A stretch of 64,000 bases of DNA from Myxococcota bacterium. Lineage in GTDB: Bacteria; Myxococcota_A; Polyangia; Nannocystales; Nannocystaceae. The notes under the pieces were generated by a model, which saw only the letters and a list, made by a program, of their open reading frames with translations, did no database searches and was not told the DNA's origin. Shown piece by piece: positions 29,164-39,254 of this stretch. The stretch is from the NCBI GenBank assembly GCA_039028615.1, contig JBCCHT010000010.1, positions 64,001 to 128,000 of the forward strand, given 5' to 3'. The position numbers and the translations under genes were made by a program. How positions within the stretch are numbered: the first letter of the stretch is position 1; each line of letters opens with the position of its first letter.

Positions 29164-30214
29164 CGACCGCCTCGGTGAGCTGCTCGACTTCATGCCGAGT
29201 CATGTCGAGGGTGATGAGCACCTCGCTGCCTTCGCGCTTGAACTCGATCTTCTCTCCGATGCTGGCGGGAAGGCCGAGCATGGGCAGCATTCCCTTGAGA
29301 TCGTTGAACTGCTTCTCGAGCTCGGCGAGCAGCCGGGTGGCGTCGGCATCGGTCCCACCGTCGCCCGAGAGGGTGAGGGCGATGCCATCATCCGCGCTGC
29401 CCATCGAAAACGAGAAGTCCTTGAAACCATCGAAGGGGCCGTCCGCCAGGTCGCGTTGTAGCTGGCCTTCGATGAGTCCCACGAACCACAAGGGGCGGTC
29501 GGTCTCGGTCCTGTCGAGGGTCGCAGCCAGGGGTCCCTCGGTGATCGCGGTGCCCTTGCCATCGATGCGCGCGACAACCTCGGCATCCAGCTCCTTCGAG
29601 AGAATGATGGCCGTGTCCTTGTCAGGGAAGTAGCCCCGGTCACCGTCGTCGGTGTCGAGCAGCTGCGGCCCTTCGCCTCGCTCGGTGCCCGTGAGCTTCA
29701 GGTCCCAATCGCCCGTGCGGCTGGAGATTCGTTCGAAACACCGCCAGGTCTCCGCGTCGCCCAAGCGCTTGCCGTGGATGGCCATCGCGGTACGGTCGTC
29801 GTGGCCTCCTGCCACGACCACGCGCTCGAAGGTCTCCAGCGCGCCCAGGCAGGCCTCGGCGAGCTGTTCGCCCTTGCGCAGGTCCTCCTCCTTGTCGGTC
29901 AGCGCCTCCCAGAGGTCCGCGATGGCTCGGTTGTCGAGCAGCCGCCCCGGTTCCAAGCTCACCAGGAGATAGGCCGAGCTCGGCAGCAGCAAGATGGGGT
30001 CTCTCGCGCCCTGCCGAACCTCGTCGATCATCTGCGAGGTGAGCCCGGCGAGCCCCGACTTGGAGCCGCCACGTTCGCCTTCTTCTTTGGGCTCGCTCGG
30101 TTCTTCGGCCGGCGCTTCGGCTTCGGTCTTGGTGGATGCAGGAGCTGGCGTTTCGTCCTTGCAGGCGCCCGTGAAGCCCAACAACAATCCAAGGCATAGC
30201 GCGCCGCGTCGCAT
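29150..30214 (-). CDS. Hypothetical lipoprotein (DUF3352-like mixed alpha/beta domain)
   Basis: Lipobox TGAC; LLPS...L.S start of globular domain; converges on the previous gene. Confidence 0.6.
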   Translation of the reverse strand: MRRGALCLGLLLGFTGACKDETPAPASTKTEAEAPAEEPSEPKEEGERGGSKSGLAGLTSQMIDEVRQGARDPILLLPSSAYLLVSLEPGRLLDNRAIADLWEALTDKEEDLRKGEQLAEACLGALETFERVVVAGGHDDRTAMAIHGKRLGDAETWRCFERISSRTGDWDLKLTGTERGEGPQLLDTDDGDRGYFPDKDTAIILSKELDAEVVARIDGKGTAITEGPLAATLDRTETDRPLWFVGLIEGQLQRDLADGPFDGFKDFSFSMGSADDGIALTLSGDGGTDADATRLLAELEKQFNDLKGMLPMLGLPASIGEKIEFKREGSEVLITLDMTRHEVEQLTEAVVTKL

Positions 30215-30261
30215 CGCCCTCTACCTTGGCGAATCGATGCGGCCGGGGTCAAGCGCTGCGA

Positions 30262-31857
30262 TCAGTCGTCGGCGTCCGCGTCTGGGGCGCTGGGGCCATG
30301 ACCGCCCTCGTCGTCGGGAACGGTGATGAAGCGCGCCGACATGAACACCAACGCCATGACCGAGTAGCCCACGGCCCACGGCCAGGCGGGCGACAGGTCG
30401 ATGACGGTATCGCCGGGGGTGAAGGTGTAGCCGTGCATGAGCCCCGCCATCGAAAGCAGGGCGGCGGCGCTGCACCACAGGGCGGCGGTGGTGAAGCGGC
30501 GTCCGATCACGGCGACGGTGGTGGCGGCCAGGATCATCGACGAGAAGATGAAGCCCTGCTCGAGCGCGAACGCGCCGTGAATCCAGGTGTCCGAGGCGGC
30601 GAAGCGCTCGATGAGCGCGGACGAGAACGCGGGCCCGTCGGGGCTGCCCATGCCCGCCGCACGCAGGCCGTTCTTGGCCATGATCGCCCCCCAGGCGCCG
30701 ACGCCCGGCAGCACGCCCATCACCACCGCGGGCGCATGAGCGCGCGGCGTGGCCTGGAAGGCCTGGGCCGTGATGACGATGCCGATCCACAACACGATGG
30801 CCATGCCGGCATCGATGGGCACCGCCCACACGATGTACGCCAGCGTTCCGCTCAGGCAGATGAGGGTGACGAAGATGCCGTTGAGGATCGAGTAGCCCGC
30901 CCGGGCGCCCAGCGCCTTCCACCCCGGATGCCCGATGTAGATGGTGGTGGGAAAGCAGGATCCGAACAGGCCTGCCGCCAGCGTGCCGAGGCCGTTGACG
31001 GCCAGCGAGGGGCGGGCGGGGTAGCGGTCGCCGGCCGCCTCGGCGGACTCGATGTTCTGCAGCGAGCCCACCAGGTTGAACAGCCCCATGGGCAGGATGA
31101 CCGAGAAGTAGGCGAGCAGGTGCCCCGAGCCGAAGGCCTCGACGAGGTCGCCGATGACGGGGACGGGCACATGCCAGCCGGTGCCGACCGGAGACTCGCC
31201 GACGGGCGCGAGCCCGGTCATCCACGCCAGCAGCATGCCCAGCGACACGGCGACGAGCCCTCCGGGCAGGCCACCGCGGAACTTCACCCGGCCGAAGTAA
31301 GTCAGCATCACGACGCCGAGCGTGGTGAGACCGACGATGGGATGGGCAAAGGTTCGGAACAGAAAGCCGAGCGAGATGAGCCCCAAGGCGATCCCGGACA
31401 GCGTGGCCAGCAGCGCGGCGCGTGGGGTGTAGCGGCGCAGTGCGTCGGCGACCCAGGACCCGCAAAGCTCGATGAAGCCCGAGCCCAGCGTGGCGATGAG
31501 CCCCGCCTGCCATGCGATGCGCGAGGGGTCTTCGGCCCCGGCTGCCGTGGCGGCGAGCTTGGCCGGCAGCATCACCAGGAACACGTGGGCGAAGAGCGAG
31601 ACGGTGTTGATCCCGTAGGGCAGGGCGCAGACGTCGTCGCGACCCTCGGCTTCGGCGAGCTTCTTCGCTTGGCGGGCGTAGTAGAGGTTGCCCACCAGCA
31701 GCGAAATCGCGACCCCGGGAAGCACGCGACCGTAGAGCAGCTCGTCGGAGAACCCCAGCACGAAGCGGCACAGCGCATCGATGAGCAGTAGCTGCACGAG
31801 GTTGTCGAGTGCCAACCCGAAGAAGCCGTCGACATCACCGCGTACGAACCACTTCAT
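30262..31857 (-). CDS. NCS2/AzgA-like xanthine/uracil permease
   Basis: GD.DGFFGL..DN, ALPYGINT, ESAEAAGD, PTTIYIGHPGWK..GAR.GYS; many TM segments. Confidence 0.85.
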   Translation of the reverse strand: MKWFVRGDVDGFFGLALDNLVQLLLIDALCRFVLGFSDELLYGRVLPGVAISLLVGNLYYARQAKKLAEAEGRDDVCALPYGINTVSLFAHVFLVMLPAKLAATAAGAEDPSRIAWQAGLIATLGSGFIELCGSWVADALRRYTPRAALLATLSGIALGLISLGFLFRTFAHPIVGLTTLGVVMLTYFGRVKFRGGLPGGLVAVSLGMLLAWMTGLAPVGESPVGTGWHVPVPVIGDLVEAFGSGHLLAYFSVILPMGLFNLVGSLQNIESAEAAGDRYPARPSLAVNGLGTLAAGLFGSCFPTTIYIGHPGWKALGARAGYSILNGIFVTLICLSGTLAYIVWAVPIDAGMAIVLWIGIVITAQAFQATPRAHAPAVVMGVLPGVGAWGAIMAKNGLRAAGMGSPDGPAFSSALIERFAASDTWIHGAFALEQGFIFSSMILAATTVAVIGRRFTTAALWCSAAALLSMAGLMHGYTFTPGDTVIDLSPAWPWAVGYSVMALVFMSARFITVPDDEGGHGPSAPDADADD

Positions 31858-31928
31858 GTCGGGTTGGAAGTAACAGGAGTTTTGCGCCGAGGTCCACTGG
31901 TGTCCCGCCGACCTGGTATGTTCGGCGC

Positions 31929-32747
31929 GTGAGCAGCCTGAAGGACAAGACCCTCTTCATCACCGGGGCCAGCCGTGGCATCGGCCAGGCCATCGCCGTG
32001 CGGGCTGCCCGCGACGGCGCCAATGTGGTGATCGCCGCCAAGACGGCCACGCCCCATCCCAAGCTCGAGGGCACCATCCACACCGCAGCCGAGGCGGTGG
32101 AGAAGGCGGGCGGCAAGGCGCTCCCGCTGGTGGTCGACATTCGCTTCGAAGACCAGGTGAAGGCGGCGGTGGCCAAGGCGGTCGAGACCTTCGGCGGCAT
32201 CGACATCCTGGTGAACAACGCCTCGGCGATCAGCCTCACCAGCACGCTGTCGACCCCGATGAAGCGCTATGACCTCATGCACGGGGTCAACGTGCGGGGC
32301 ACCTATCTGTGCTCGCAGGTCTGCCTGCCCGAGCTGCTCGAGAGCGACAACCCGCACATCCTCAACCTGGCGCCGCCGCTCAACATGGACGCCAAGTGGT
32401 TCCGCAACCACGTGGCCTACACCATGGCCAAGTTCGGCATGAGCATGTGCGTGCTGGGCATGGCGGCCGAGTTCAAGGGCAAGGTGGCCGTCAACGCGCT
32501 GTGGCCTCGCACCACCATCGCCACCGCGGCCGTGTCGATGATCGGCGGCGACCCCATGATCGCCCGCTCGCGGAAGCCAGAGATCATGGCCGACGCGGCG
32601 CACTCCGTCCTGGTGCGCGACAAGAACGAGTGCAGCGGGAACTTCTTCATCGACGAGGACGCGCTGCGCGAGGCGGGGGTCACCGACCTGGACGGCTATG
32701 CCGTCGACCCCACCAAGGAACTCGCGCCCGACTTCTTCGTCGACTGA
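31929..32747 (+). CDS. Short-chain dehydrogenase/reductase (HSDL2/citronellol dehydrogenase-like)
   Basis: TGASRGIG, PHPKLEGTI, NNASAI, YTMAK, NALWPRT. Confidence 0.9.
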   Translation: MSSLKDKTLFITGASRGIGQAIAVRAARDGANVVIAAKTATPHPKLEGTIHTAAEAVEKAGGKALPLVVDIRFEDQVKAAVAKAVETFGGIDILVNNASAISLTSTLSTPMKRYDLMHGVNVRGTYLCSQVCLPELLESDNPHILNLAPPLNMDAKWFRNHVAYTMAKFGMSMCVLGMAAEFKGKVAVNALWPRTTIATAAVSMIGGDPMIARSRKPEIMADAAHSVLVRDKNECSGNFFIDEDALREAGVTDLDGYAVDPTKELAPDFFVD

Positions 32748-32947
32748 CGTCCAATCGGCCCTAGATCGGGCCGAATCCGTGGCTTTGCGCTAGCGGCGCG
32801 CAGCTCCCGTCTCGTCCGTGTCCGCGGACGATGGCTTCGGGGTTGCATCGTCGTGGGATCCACATATCCTCGCGTCCGCGCGATGTGCGGAGCTCGCAGT
32901 GATTCGGTGAGCCCACGACGCGCCTGCTCTGTCGGGAGTCGCTGCCG

Positions 32948-33922
32948 ATGATCGAAGCGTCTGGTCTCACCCGTTACTACGGGGACTTTGCTGCCCTCTC
33001 CGGTGCCTCGTTCACCATCGAGGATCGGGAGATCGTGGGGTTCTTGGGCCTCAACGGGGCCGGCAAGTCCACCATGCTCAAGATCCTCGCGGGTCTGCTC
33101 TTGCCCTCGGCCGGCACGGTCAAGGTGGGCGGAGTCGATGCCGTGACCGATCCGGACGGCTTGCGCCGCAAGATCGGTTTTTTGCCCGAGGAGCCGCCGC
33201 TGTATCGCGAGATGCGGGTGCGCGAGTTCCTGCTGTGGTGCGGCGAGCTCAAGGGCAGCAGCCGCGCCGAGGTCCGCAAGGCGCTGCCCCGCGTGCTCGA
33301 GACCTGCGACCTCGAGAAGATGGCCGACCGCGTCATCGGAGAGCTGAGCCACGGCTACAAGAAGCGGGTGGGCATCGCCCAGGCGATCATCCACCGCCCG
33401 GAGGTCGTGATCCTCGACGAGCCCATCTCGGGCCTCGATCCGCAGCAGATCGTCGAGATGCGCAAGGTGGTGCGGAGCCTCAAGGAGCACGCCACCGTGC
33501 TCATCAGCTCGCACATCCTGTCGGAGATCGAGCAGACCTGTGACCGCATCCTGGTGATCCACGGGGGGCGCCTGGTGGCCGAGGGCTCGGAGCAAGAGCT
33601 CGGGGCTCGCCACGACCATGAGCGCCACCTGTCCGTCACCGTGCGTGCCACGGAGGACGAGCTGCGCTCGGCCCTCGAGGCCTCGGAGCACGTGGAGAGC
33701 TTCGACATCGACGCTACCGAGGAGCCCGCGGACGAATCGCTCGAGCGCCGCGTCGACGTGGTGCTGGGCGGAGACCTGCGCGAGGCCCTGGTCCGCGACC
33801 TGGTCGAGGCGGGGCTGGGCCTGCGCCAGCTCACCGAGGCGCGCTCCGAGCTCGAGCGCGTGTTCTTGCAACTCACCGCGGAGGGTCAAAGCTCCGCACC
33901 ACGCCCGGAGGCAAAGGCATGA
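32948..33922 (+). CDS. ABC transporter ATP-binding protein (GldA-like)
   Basis: Walker A GLNGAGKST, signature LSHGYKKR, Walker B ILDEP, SSH. Confidence 0.93.
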   Translation: MIEASGLTRYYGDFAALSGASFTIEDREIVGFLGLNGAGKSTMLKILAGLLLPSAGTVKVGGVDAVTDPDGLRRKIGFLPEEPPLYREMRVREFLLWCGELKGSSRAEVRKALPRVLETCDLEKMADRVIGELSHGYKKRVGIAQAIIHRPEVVILDEPISGLDPQQIVEMRKVVRSLKEHATVLISSHILSEIEQTCDRILVIHGGRLVAEGSEQELGARHDHERHLSVTVRATEDELRSALEASEHVESFDIDATEEPADESLERRVDVVLGGDLREALVRDLVEAGLGLRQLTEARSELERVFLQLTAEGQSSAPRPEAKA

Positions 33923-34644
33923 GGGGCATGTTGCTCGTGGCGCGCCGTGATCTGGCCGCCTACTTCAATTCGTACTGGGGCTGGGTGGTCATCGCCGTGG
34001 TCCTGCTGGTCGACGGACTGCTCTTCAACGCCTTCGCGGTGGGAGACCAGCCCAAGTTCAGCTCCGAGGTCATCCGCGATTTCTTCTTCTTCTCGTTCGG
34101 CTGCACCGCGCTGGCGTCGCTGCCGGTCACGATGCGGCTATTCGCCGAGGAGAAGCAGACGGGCACCATGGTGTTGCTCGACTCGGCCCCGCTCGCGCGC
34201 TGGCAGCTGGTGGGCGGCAAGTACCTGTCCGCGATGTCGGTCATGGCCATCTTGGTGCTCAGCACCCTGTTCATGCCCGCGCTGGTGTTCGTCAACGGCA
34301 AGGTCTCCAACGGCCACATCTTCGCCGGCTATCTCGGGCTCATGCTGGTGGCCGCGGCCACGACCGGCATCGGCACCCTGGGCTCGGCGGTGGCCCGCAA
34401 CCAGATCGTCGCGTTCATCACCTCGGCGCTGGTCCTGCTGTTCTTCGTGCTCGCGTGGCTGCTCGCCCGCGTTGCTGATCCCCCGCTCAAGGACATCATC
34501 TCCCACGTCAGCCTCTTCGACCGCCACTTCCGCGGGTTCATGGAGGGCAAGGTGGATACCGAGAGCATCGTGTTCTACCTGAGCGTCGCGTTCGTGACGC
34601 TGCTCCTTTCCAGCCGCTTCATGGCGGCACGGAGGTGGCGATGA
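33919..34644 (+). CDS. ABC-2 permease (GldF-like)
   Basis: TMRLFAEEKQTGT..LL and GKYL motifs; about 6 TM; ATGA overlap with the upstream gene. Confidence 0.9.
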   Translation: MRGMLLVARRDLAAYFNSYWGWVVIAVVLLVDGLLFNAFAVGDQPKFSSEVIRDFFFFSFGCTALASLPVTMRLFAEEKQTGTMVLLDSAPLARWQLVGGKYLSAMSVMAILVLSTLFMPALVFVNGKVSNGHIFAGYLGLMLVAAATTGIGTLGSAVARNQIVAFITSALVLLFFVLAWLLARVADPPLKDIISHVSLFDRHFRGFMEGKVDTESIVFYLSVAFVTLLLSSRFMAARRWR

Positions 34645-36530
34645 GCCTCAGCAGCCTCGTCTATCTCGCGGGCATGCTCGCCCTGTTCGTGGGCCAGCGG
34701 ATCCTCGACGGCCTCGACACCGCTCAGGCGGTGGCCACTGTGGTCGGCGGGCTGGCCCTGGCGGTGGCGGCAGTCCTGCGCTTCCGCGCGCTCCGGGGCA
34801 CCAAGGACCCCGGGCTCCGGCTCGGCCATCGCCTCGCGATGTTGTTGCTCCTGGTCGGGGTGGCCTCGGTCATCCTCTACATCGGCACGACCGAGCGCTT
34901 CATCCAAAGCCTCGCCCTCGACGACGCGGGTGAAGAGCGCTGGCTCGGCCTCACCCGCGTGGTCTGGCCCGTGGTGTGGATCCTGGGCTCGTTGCCGCTG
35001 TTGGTGGTCGACTACGCGCTGCGGAGCTCGCCGGTCATGGTGCCGCCCCGCCGCGTTCGCGAGAGCGTGGTGCACGGGCTGGTCGCGGCCATGGGCCTGG
35101 CCATGGTGTTCCCGCTCAACTACGTCGCGACCAAGCGCAACGAGCGGTGGGACCTGGCCTACTTCAAGACGCCCACCCCCGGGACCTCCACCCAGGCGCT
35201 GGTCGAGGCGCTCGAGGATCCGGTCACCGTTCGCATCTTCATGCCGCCCTCGTCCGAGGTGGCGGGCGAGCTCCGCAACTACTTCGCCGAGCTCGAGGGC
35301 CCGCAGCTGAGCGTGGAGATCGTCGACCAGGCCGCCAACCCGCGGCTGGCCAAGGCGCTCAGCATTCGCAACAACGGCACCGTCGCCCTGACCCAAGGCG
35401 ACGTGACCCGGCTGATGGATGCGCTGCCGGGCGAGGACAAGGCGGAAGACGACTCGCCGATGCCCGTCACGCGGCGCTTGAGCGTCAACCCGGACATCGA
35501 CAAGGCCAAGCGCACGCTCAAGAAGCTCGACGCCGAGGTCCAGAAGATGCTCATCGAGCTGGGCCAGGGTGAGCGCGTGGCCTACTTCACGGTGGGCCAC
35601 GGCGAGCTCAACTGGTCCGCGCAGACCGAGCAGGCCGACCTCAGCATCAAGGGCCTGCGCTCCCGCATGAAGGAGCTGGGCTTCTCGATCAAGCCGCTGG
35701 GGCTGACCGAGGGCCTGGGCGAGCGCGTGCCCGAGGACGCCACGCTGGTGCTGATCCTCGGCCCGGCCAAGCCCTTCTTCCAGGCCGAGGTGGACGCCAT
35801 CTCGACCTACGTCGATCGGGGCGGTGCGGTGCTGATGGCCCGCGAGCCCGAGATCACACGCGAGGGCCAGATCCTGCCCGCCAACCCGCTCGACGACTTG
35901 ATGACCAAGTACGGCGTGAAGATGGGCGTGGGCGTGCTGGCGGCCGAGCGCGGCGTGGTGCCGCTGGCCCGCAACCGTCGCGATGCCTTCAACATCGTGA
36001 CCAACGGCTTCACCTCGCACGCGACCACGCGACAGGTGAGCGACCGGGCCCAGCAGTTGGCGGTGGTCACTCCCGCCGCAGGTCACCTCGAGGAGCTGCC
36101 CGACCACCCCAATAGCCTGATCTTCGTGATGCGCTCGCTGGCCTACGCCTGGGCCGACCTCGACGCCAACACCCGCTTCGACCCCGACTCGGGCGAGACC
36201 AAGGAGGCCCGCAACCTCATGGCGGTCATCGAAGGCGGCGCCGGGGAGACGCCCTGGCGCGCGGTGGTGACCTCCGACGCGTCGATGTTCGCCGACCTCG
36301 GGGTGGGCCTGAGCATGGGCAACCAGCGGCTGGTGGAGGACACCATCGGCTGGCTCATCGGGGCGGAGGCCGTCTCCGGCACCACCGAGAGCGAAGAAGA
36401 CATCAAGATTGAGCACACCAAGGAGGACCAGCAGTGGTGGTTTTACCTGACGGTGCTCGTGGTCCCGCTGGGCGTGATCGTGCTCGGCGCGCTACGGATT
36501 CGACTACGACGAAAGGGAGGTGCGGCATGA
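34641..36530 (+). CDS. GldG-family ABC auxiliary component
   Basis: YFTVGHGE, LILGP..PF...E, YVDRGG motifs; C-terminal TM. Confidence 0.85.
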   Translation: MSLSSLVYLAGMLALFVGQRILDGLDTAQAVATVVGGLALAVAAVLRFRALRGTKDPGLRLGHRLAMLLLLVGVASVILYIGTTERFIQSLALDDAGEERWLGLTRVVWPVVWILGSLPLLVVDYALRSSPVMVPPRRVRESVVHGLVAAMGLAMVFPLNYVATKRNERWDLAYFKTPTPGTSTQALVEALEDPVTVRIFMPPSSEVAGELRNYFAELEGPQLSVEIVDQAANPRLAKALSIRNNGTVALTQGDVTRLMDALPGEDKAEDDSPMPVTRRLSVNPDIDKAKRTLKKLDAEVQKMLIELGQGERVAYFTVGHGELNWSAQTEQADLSIKGLRSRMKELGFSIKPLGLTEGLGERVPEDATLVLILGPAKPFFQAEVDAISTYVDRGGAVLMAREPEITREGQILPANPLDDLMTKYGVKMGVGVLAAERGVVPLARNRRDAFNIVTNGFTSHATTRQVSDRAQQLAVVTPAAGHLEELPDHPNSLIFVMRSLAYAWADLDANTRFDPDSGETKEARNLMAVIEGGAGETPWRAVVTSDASMFADLGVGLSMGNQRLVEDTIGWLIGAEAVSGTTESEEDIKIEHTKEDQQWWFYLTVLVVPLGVIVLGALRIRLRRKGGAA

Positions 36531-37552
36531 TGCGCTCGGTCGTCATTTACGCCGCGTTGTTGGCTGGCTCCCTGGGCTGGGCCTATCAGACCTGGACCCA
36601 CCAAGACGAGCTGGCCCTGGCCGACAAGGTCGTCATCATGCCCGGCAAGCCGGAGCAGCTGGCCTCCGTCGCCTATCGATCGGAGAGCCTCGAGCTGACC
36701 GTCGAGTTCCGCGAGGACGACCAGGGGCGCTACGCCTGGGGTCGCACCGTGCCGCTGGGCGATCCGCCCCCGGCTCCGCCCGCGCCCGAGGGCGGCGAGC
36801 CCCCGCCGGCTCCGCCCGCGCCCGAGCCCGAGGAGTTCAAGGTCGGTAAGTCTGGAACGCCGGTCTTCGAGGCTCTGGCGCCGTTCGTGGCCAAGCGCAA
36901 GCTCGAGGGCGTGGGCGAAGAGGACCTCGAGGCCCTCGGCCTGGCCGAGCCCGAGGCGACCCTCGAGATCGCCCGCGAGGGCAAGGAGCCCCGGGTCTTC
37001 GAGCTGGGGGGTAACGTGTTCGGCGGCGCCAACGTCTATGTGCGTGACCCGAGCGATGGAGTCATCTATCTCGTGGAGGCTCGAACCATACGCCCCTTGC
37101 GCAGTGGGTCCCGGACCCTGCCCGACCGCGACCTCAGCGGCATCGCGGAGCGCAAGGCCGAGCGCCTGACCCTGCGGGTGGGCGACCGCCAGGCCACCTT
37201 CGAGCAGCACAACCCCGACGACCCCGAGGCCAAGTACTGGAGCGTCGCGGGCGAGGACGAGAGCAACCCCGACATCACCGCATGGGTAGGCAAAGCCCTA
37301 CGCCTGCGGTCCACCCGCTACGTCCAGAGCGACGAGTCGCCGGTCGACCTGGCGCCCGCGTTCGCGTTCGTGATTCGGTCCGAGGGCGGCGAGACGGTGG
37401 AGGTCGAGGTCCTGCGCAATTTCGACGACGAGGGCCAAGAGCAGTTCTTCGCCCGTTCCCAGCACACGCGCGGCCTGGTGAGGCTACCGCGCGCGACCGC
37501 AGCCGAGGCCTCCACCGACCTCGAGTCGGCCTTGCAAGCCGGCGGCGCCTGA
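36527..37552 (+). CDS. DUF4340-domain protein
   Basis: N-terminal TM, L...GL..P motif; usual fourth gene of GldAFG-type operons. Confidence 0.75.
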   Translation: MMRSVVIYAALLAGSLGWAYQTWTHQDELALADKVVIMPGKPEQLASVAYRSESLELTVEFREDDQGRYAWGRTVPLGDPPPAPPAPEGGEPPPAPPAPEPEEFKVGKSGTPVFEALAPFVAKRKLEGVGEEDLEALGLAEPEATLEIAREGKEPRVFELGGNVFGGANVYVRDPSDGVIYLVEARTIRPLRSGSRTLPDRDLSGIAERKAERLTLRVGDRQATFEQHNPDDPEAKYWSVAGEDESNPDITAWVGKALRLRSTRYVQSDESPVDLAPAFAFVIRSEGGETVEVEVLRNFDDEGQEQFFARSQHTRGLVRLPRATAAEASTDLESALQAGGA

Positions 37553-37612
37553 CCCTTCGGCGCGGCCATCGAGGCGGAGCCCGGCTTCGCCCACCACGGA
37601 GAGACGACGACA

Positions 37613-38791
37613 ATGACGATTCGAATGATGGTCTTCTTCGTGGTGATGCCGATCCTCTGGATCGCGCTGCACTACTACATGGGGCGTAGGATCGTGACCG
37701 GCTCTGCGCTGCCGCGGGCGTGGTCGCGCGTGGCCTGGGGCCTGGTGGCCATCCTGGCCCTGCTGCCCCCCGCCACCTTCCTCGCCATGCGTGGGGGCGG
37801 GATGGACGGGCTCGAGAGCATCCAGTGGCTCGGCTATCTGATGATGGGGATTTCCTCCATCGTCCTGGTCCTGCTGCTCACGGTGGAGCTGCTGCGAGGC
37901 GGGCGACGCCTGGTCCTGCGCTTCCGCAAGGCACCCCCGCCCGAGCCGGACCCGAGCCGTCGCGCCTTTTTGGGCCGGGCGGTCAACATCGGCATCGCGG
38001 GTGGCGCGGGCACGGTGGCGGGCGTCGGCGTGATCCAGGCGCGCCAGATCCCCGAGGTAGTGGAGGTCGACGTGCCCATCAAGGGGCTGCCGCCCGAGGC
38101 CGAGGGCTTCCGCATCGTCCAGATCTCCGATGTACACATCGGTCCCACCATCCACGGCGACTTCCTCTCCGCCGTGGTCGACCGCGTCAACGGGCTGGAG
38201 CCCGACGTGATCGCGGTGACCGGGGACCTCATCGACGGGTGGGTGGACCAGCTCCGCGACGAGATGGTCTCGCTCGAGCGGCTGCGGGCACGGCACGGGG
38301 CCTTCTTCGTGACCGGCAACCACGAGTACTACTGGAACGGGCCGCAGTGGTGTGACCACGTCGCCAGCTTGGGGCTCACCGTGCTGAACAATGCACACCA
38401 GGTCATCGAGCACGACGGGGCCCGACTGGTCTTGGCAGGAGTCACCGACATATCGGCGGGAGGCATGGTGCCCTCGCATGCGTCGAGCCCAGCCACGGCC
38501 ATCGAAGGGGCGCCCGACGATTGCCCCAAGGTCCTGCTGGCTCACCAGCCGCGGAGCATCAACGCCGCGGCCGAGGCCGGCTTCGATCTGCAAATCTCCG
38601 GGCACACCCACGGCGGGCAGTACTTCCCGATGAACCTGCTCGTGTACCTGGCTCAGCCCTACGTGGCCGGCCTACATCAGCACAACGACAAGACCTCGAT
38701 CTACGTCAGTCGTGGCACCGGGTACTGGGGCCCGCCCGTGCGCCTGGGTGCACCGCACGAGATCACGCTGCTGCGGCTGGTCGCTGCCTAG
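37613..38791 (+). CDS. Membrane-bound metallophosphoesterase (YkuE-like)
   Basis: SDVH, TGDLID, GNHE, LLAHQP, SGHTHGGQ, SRGTGYWGPP.RLG. Confidence 0.93.
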   Translation: MTIRMMVFFVVMPILWIALHYYMGRRIVTGSALPRAWSRVAWGLVAILALLPPATFLAMRGGGMDGLESIQWLGYLMMGISSIVLVLLLTVELLRGGRRLVLRFRKAPPPEPDPSRRAFLGRAVNIGIAGGAGTVAGVGVIQARQIPEVVEVDVPIKGLPPEAEGFRIVQISDVHIGPTIHGDFLSAVVDRVNGLEPDVIAVTGDLIDGWVDQLRDEMVSLERLRARHGAFFVTGNHEYYWNGPQWCDHVASLGLTVLNNAHQVIEHDGARLVLAGVTDISAGGMVPSHASSPATAIEGAPDDCPKVLLAHQPRSINAAAEAGFDLQISGHTHGGQYFPMNLLVYLAQPYVAGLHQHNDKTSIYVSRGTGYWGPPVRLGAPHEITLLRLVAA

Positions 38792-39254
38792 CCACCTGCG
38801 GTTGCTGCATCGCTTCACGCCCGGCCGCGCGTCGTTGCGGTCGAGGTCGGCAAGGGCCCGCACACCGCCTTCGGGGCGACAGTCGACACCGCGGCATCTC
38901 GCCCCGGCGTCGTCTCGCGTGTTCGTGAAAAGTTGACGGGCGCCGGTCGACCCATGAAGGACCGACCGGCGCCGCCACCACCACCACGAATGAAGCCGGC
39001 TACGCTTGCACGCAAGCCTCGGTTGGGAGTCTATGCCTGGTTCCTCGCAGGCGCTCGTCCTTACGCGGCCGAAAGATGATCTCGGTGTCCTAGCGCAGGA
39101 TGGCTCGCGTCGCGTGCATGGTGGTCTACGGTCGGCATGCCGCCCGAGTTACCCTTCGCAGCACGCGCCCTCGATCGATCGTCGGACGCCGGATCGAAGG
39201 CCGGTCGAGGGTCTCGGGCTGGGACGGTGGCAGGGTGTGCCGACGCCCCGACCG

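Noticed and set aside
32948..37552. GldAFG-like operon as a gliding motility system
   Set aside because: GldAFG/DUF4340-type ABC operons are widespread outside gliding Bacteroidota; nothing here links it to motility
39000..39080. Fragments resembling a c-di-GMP-I riboswitch (ACGCAAGCC, GAAA)
   Set aside because: Elements are in the wrong order and no gene lies downstream in the sense direction
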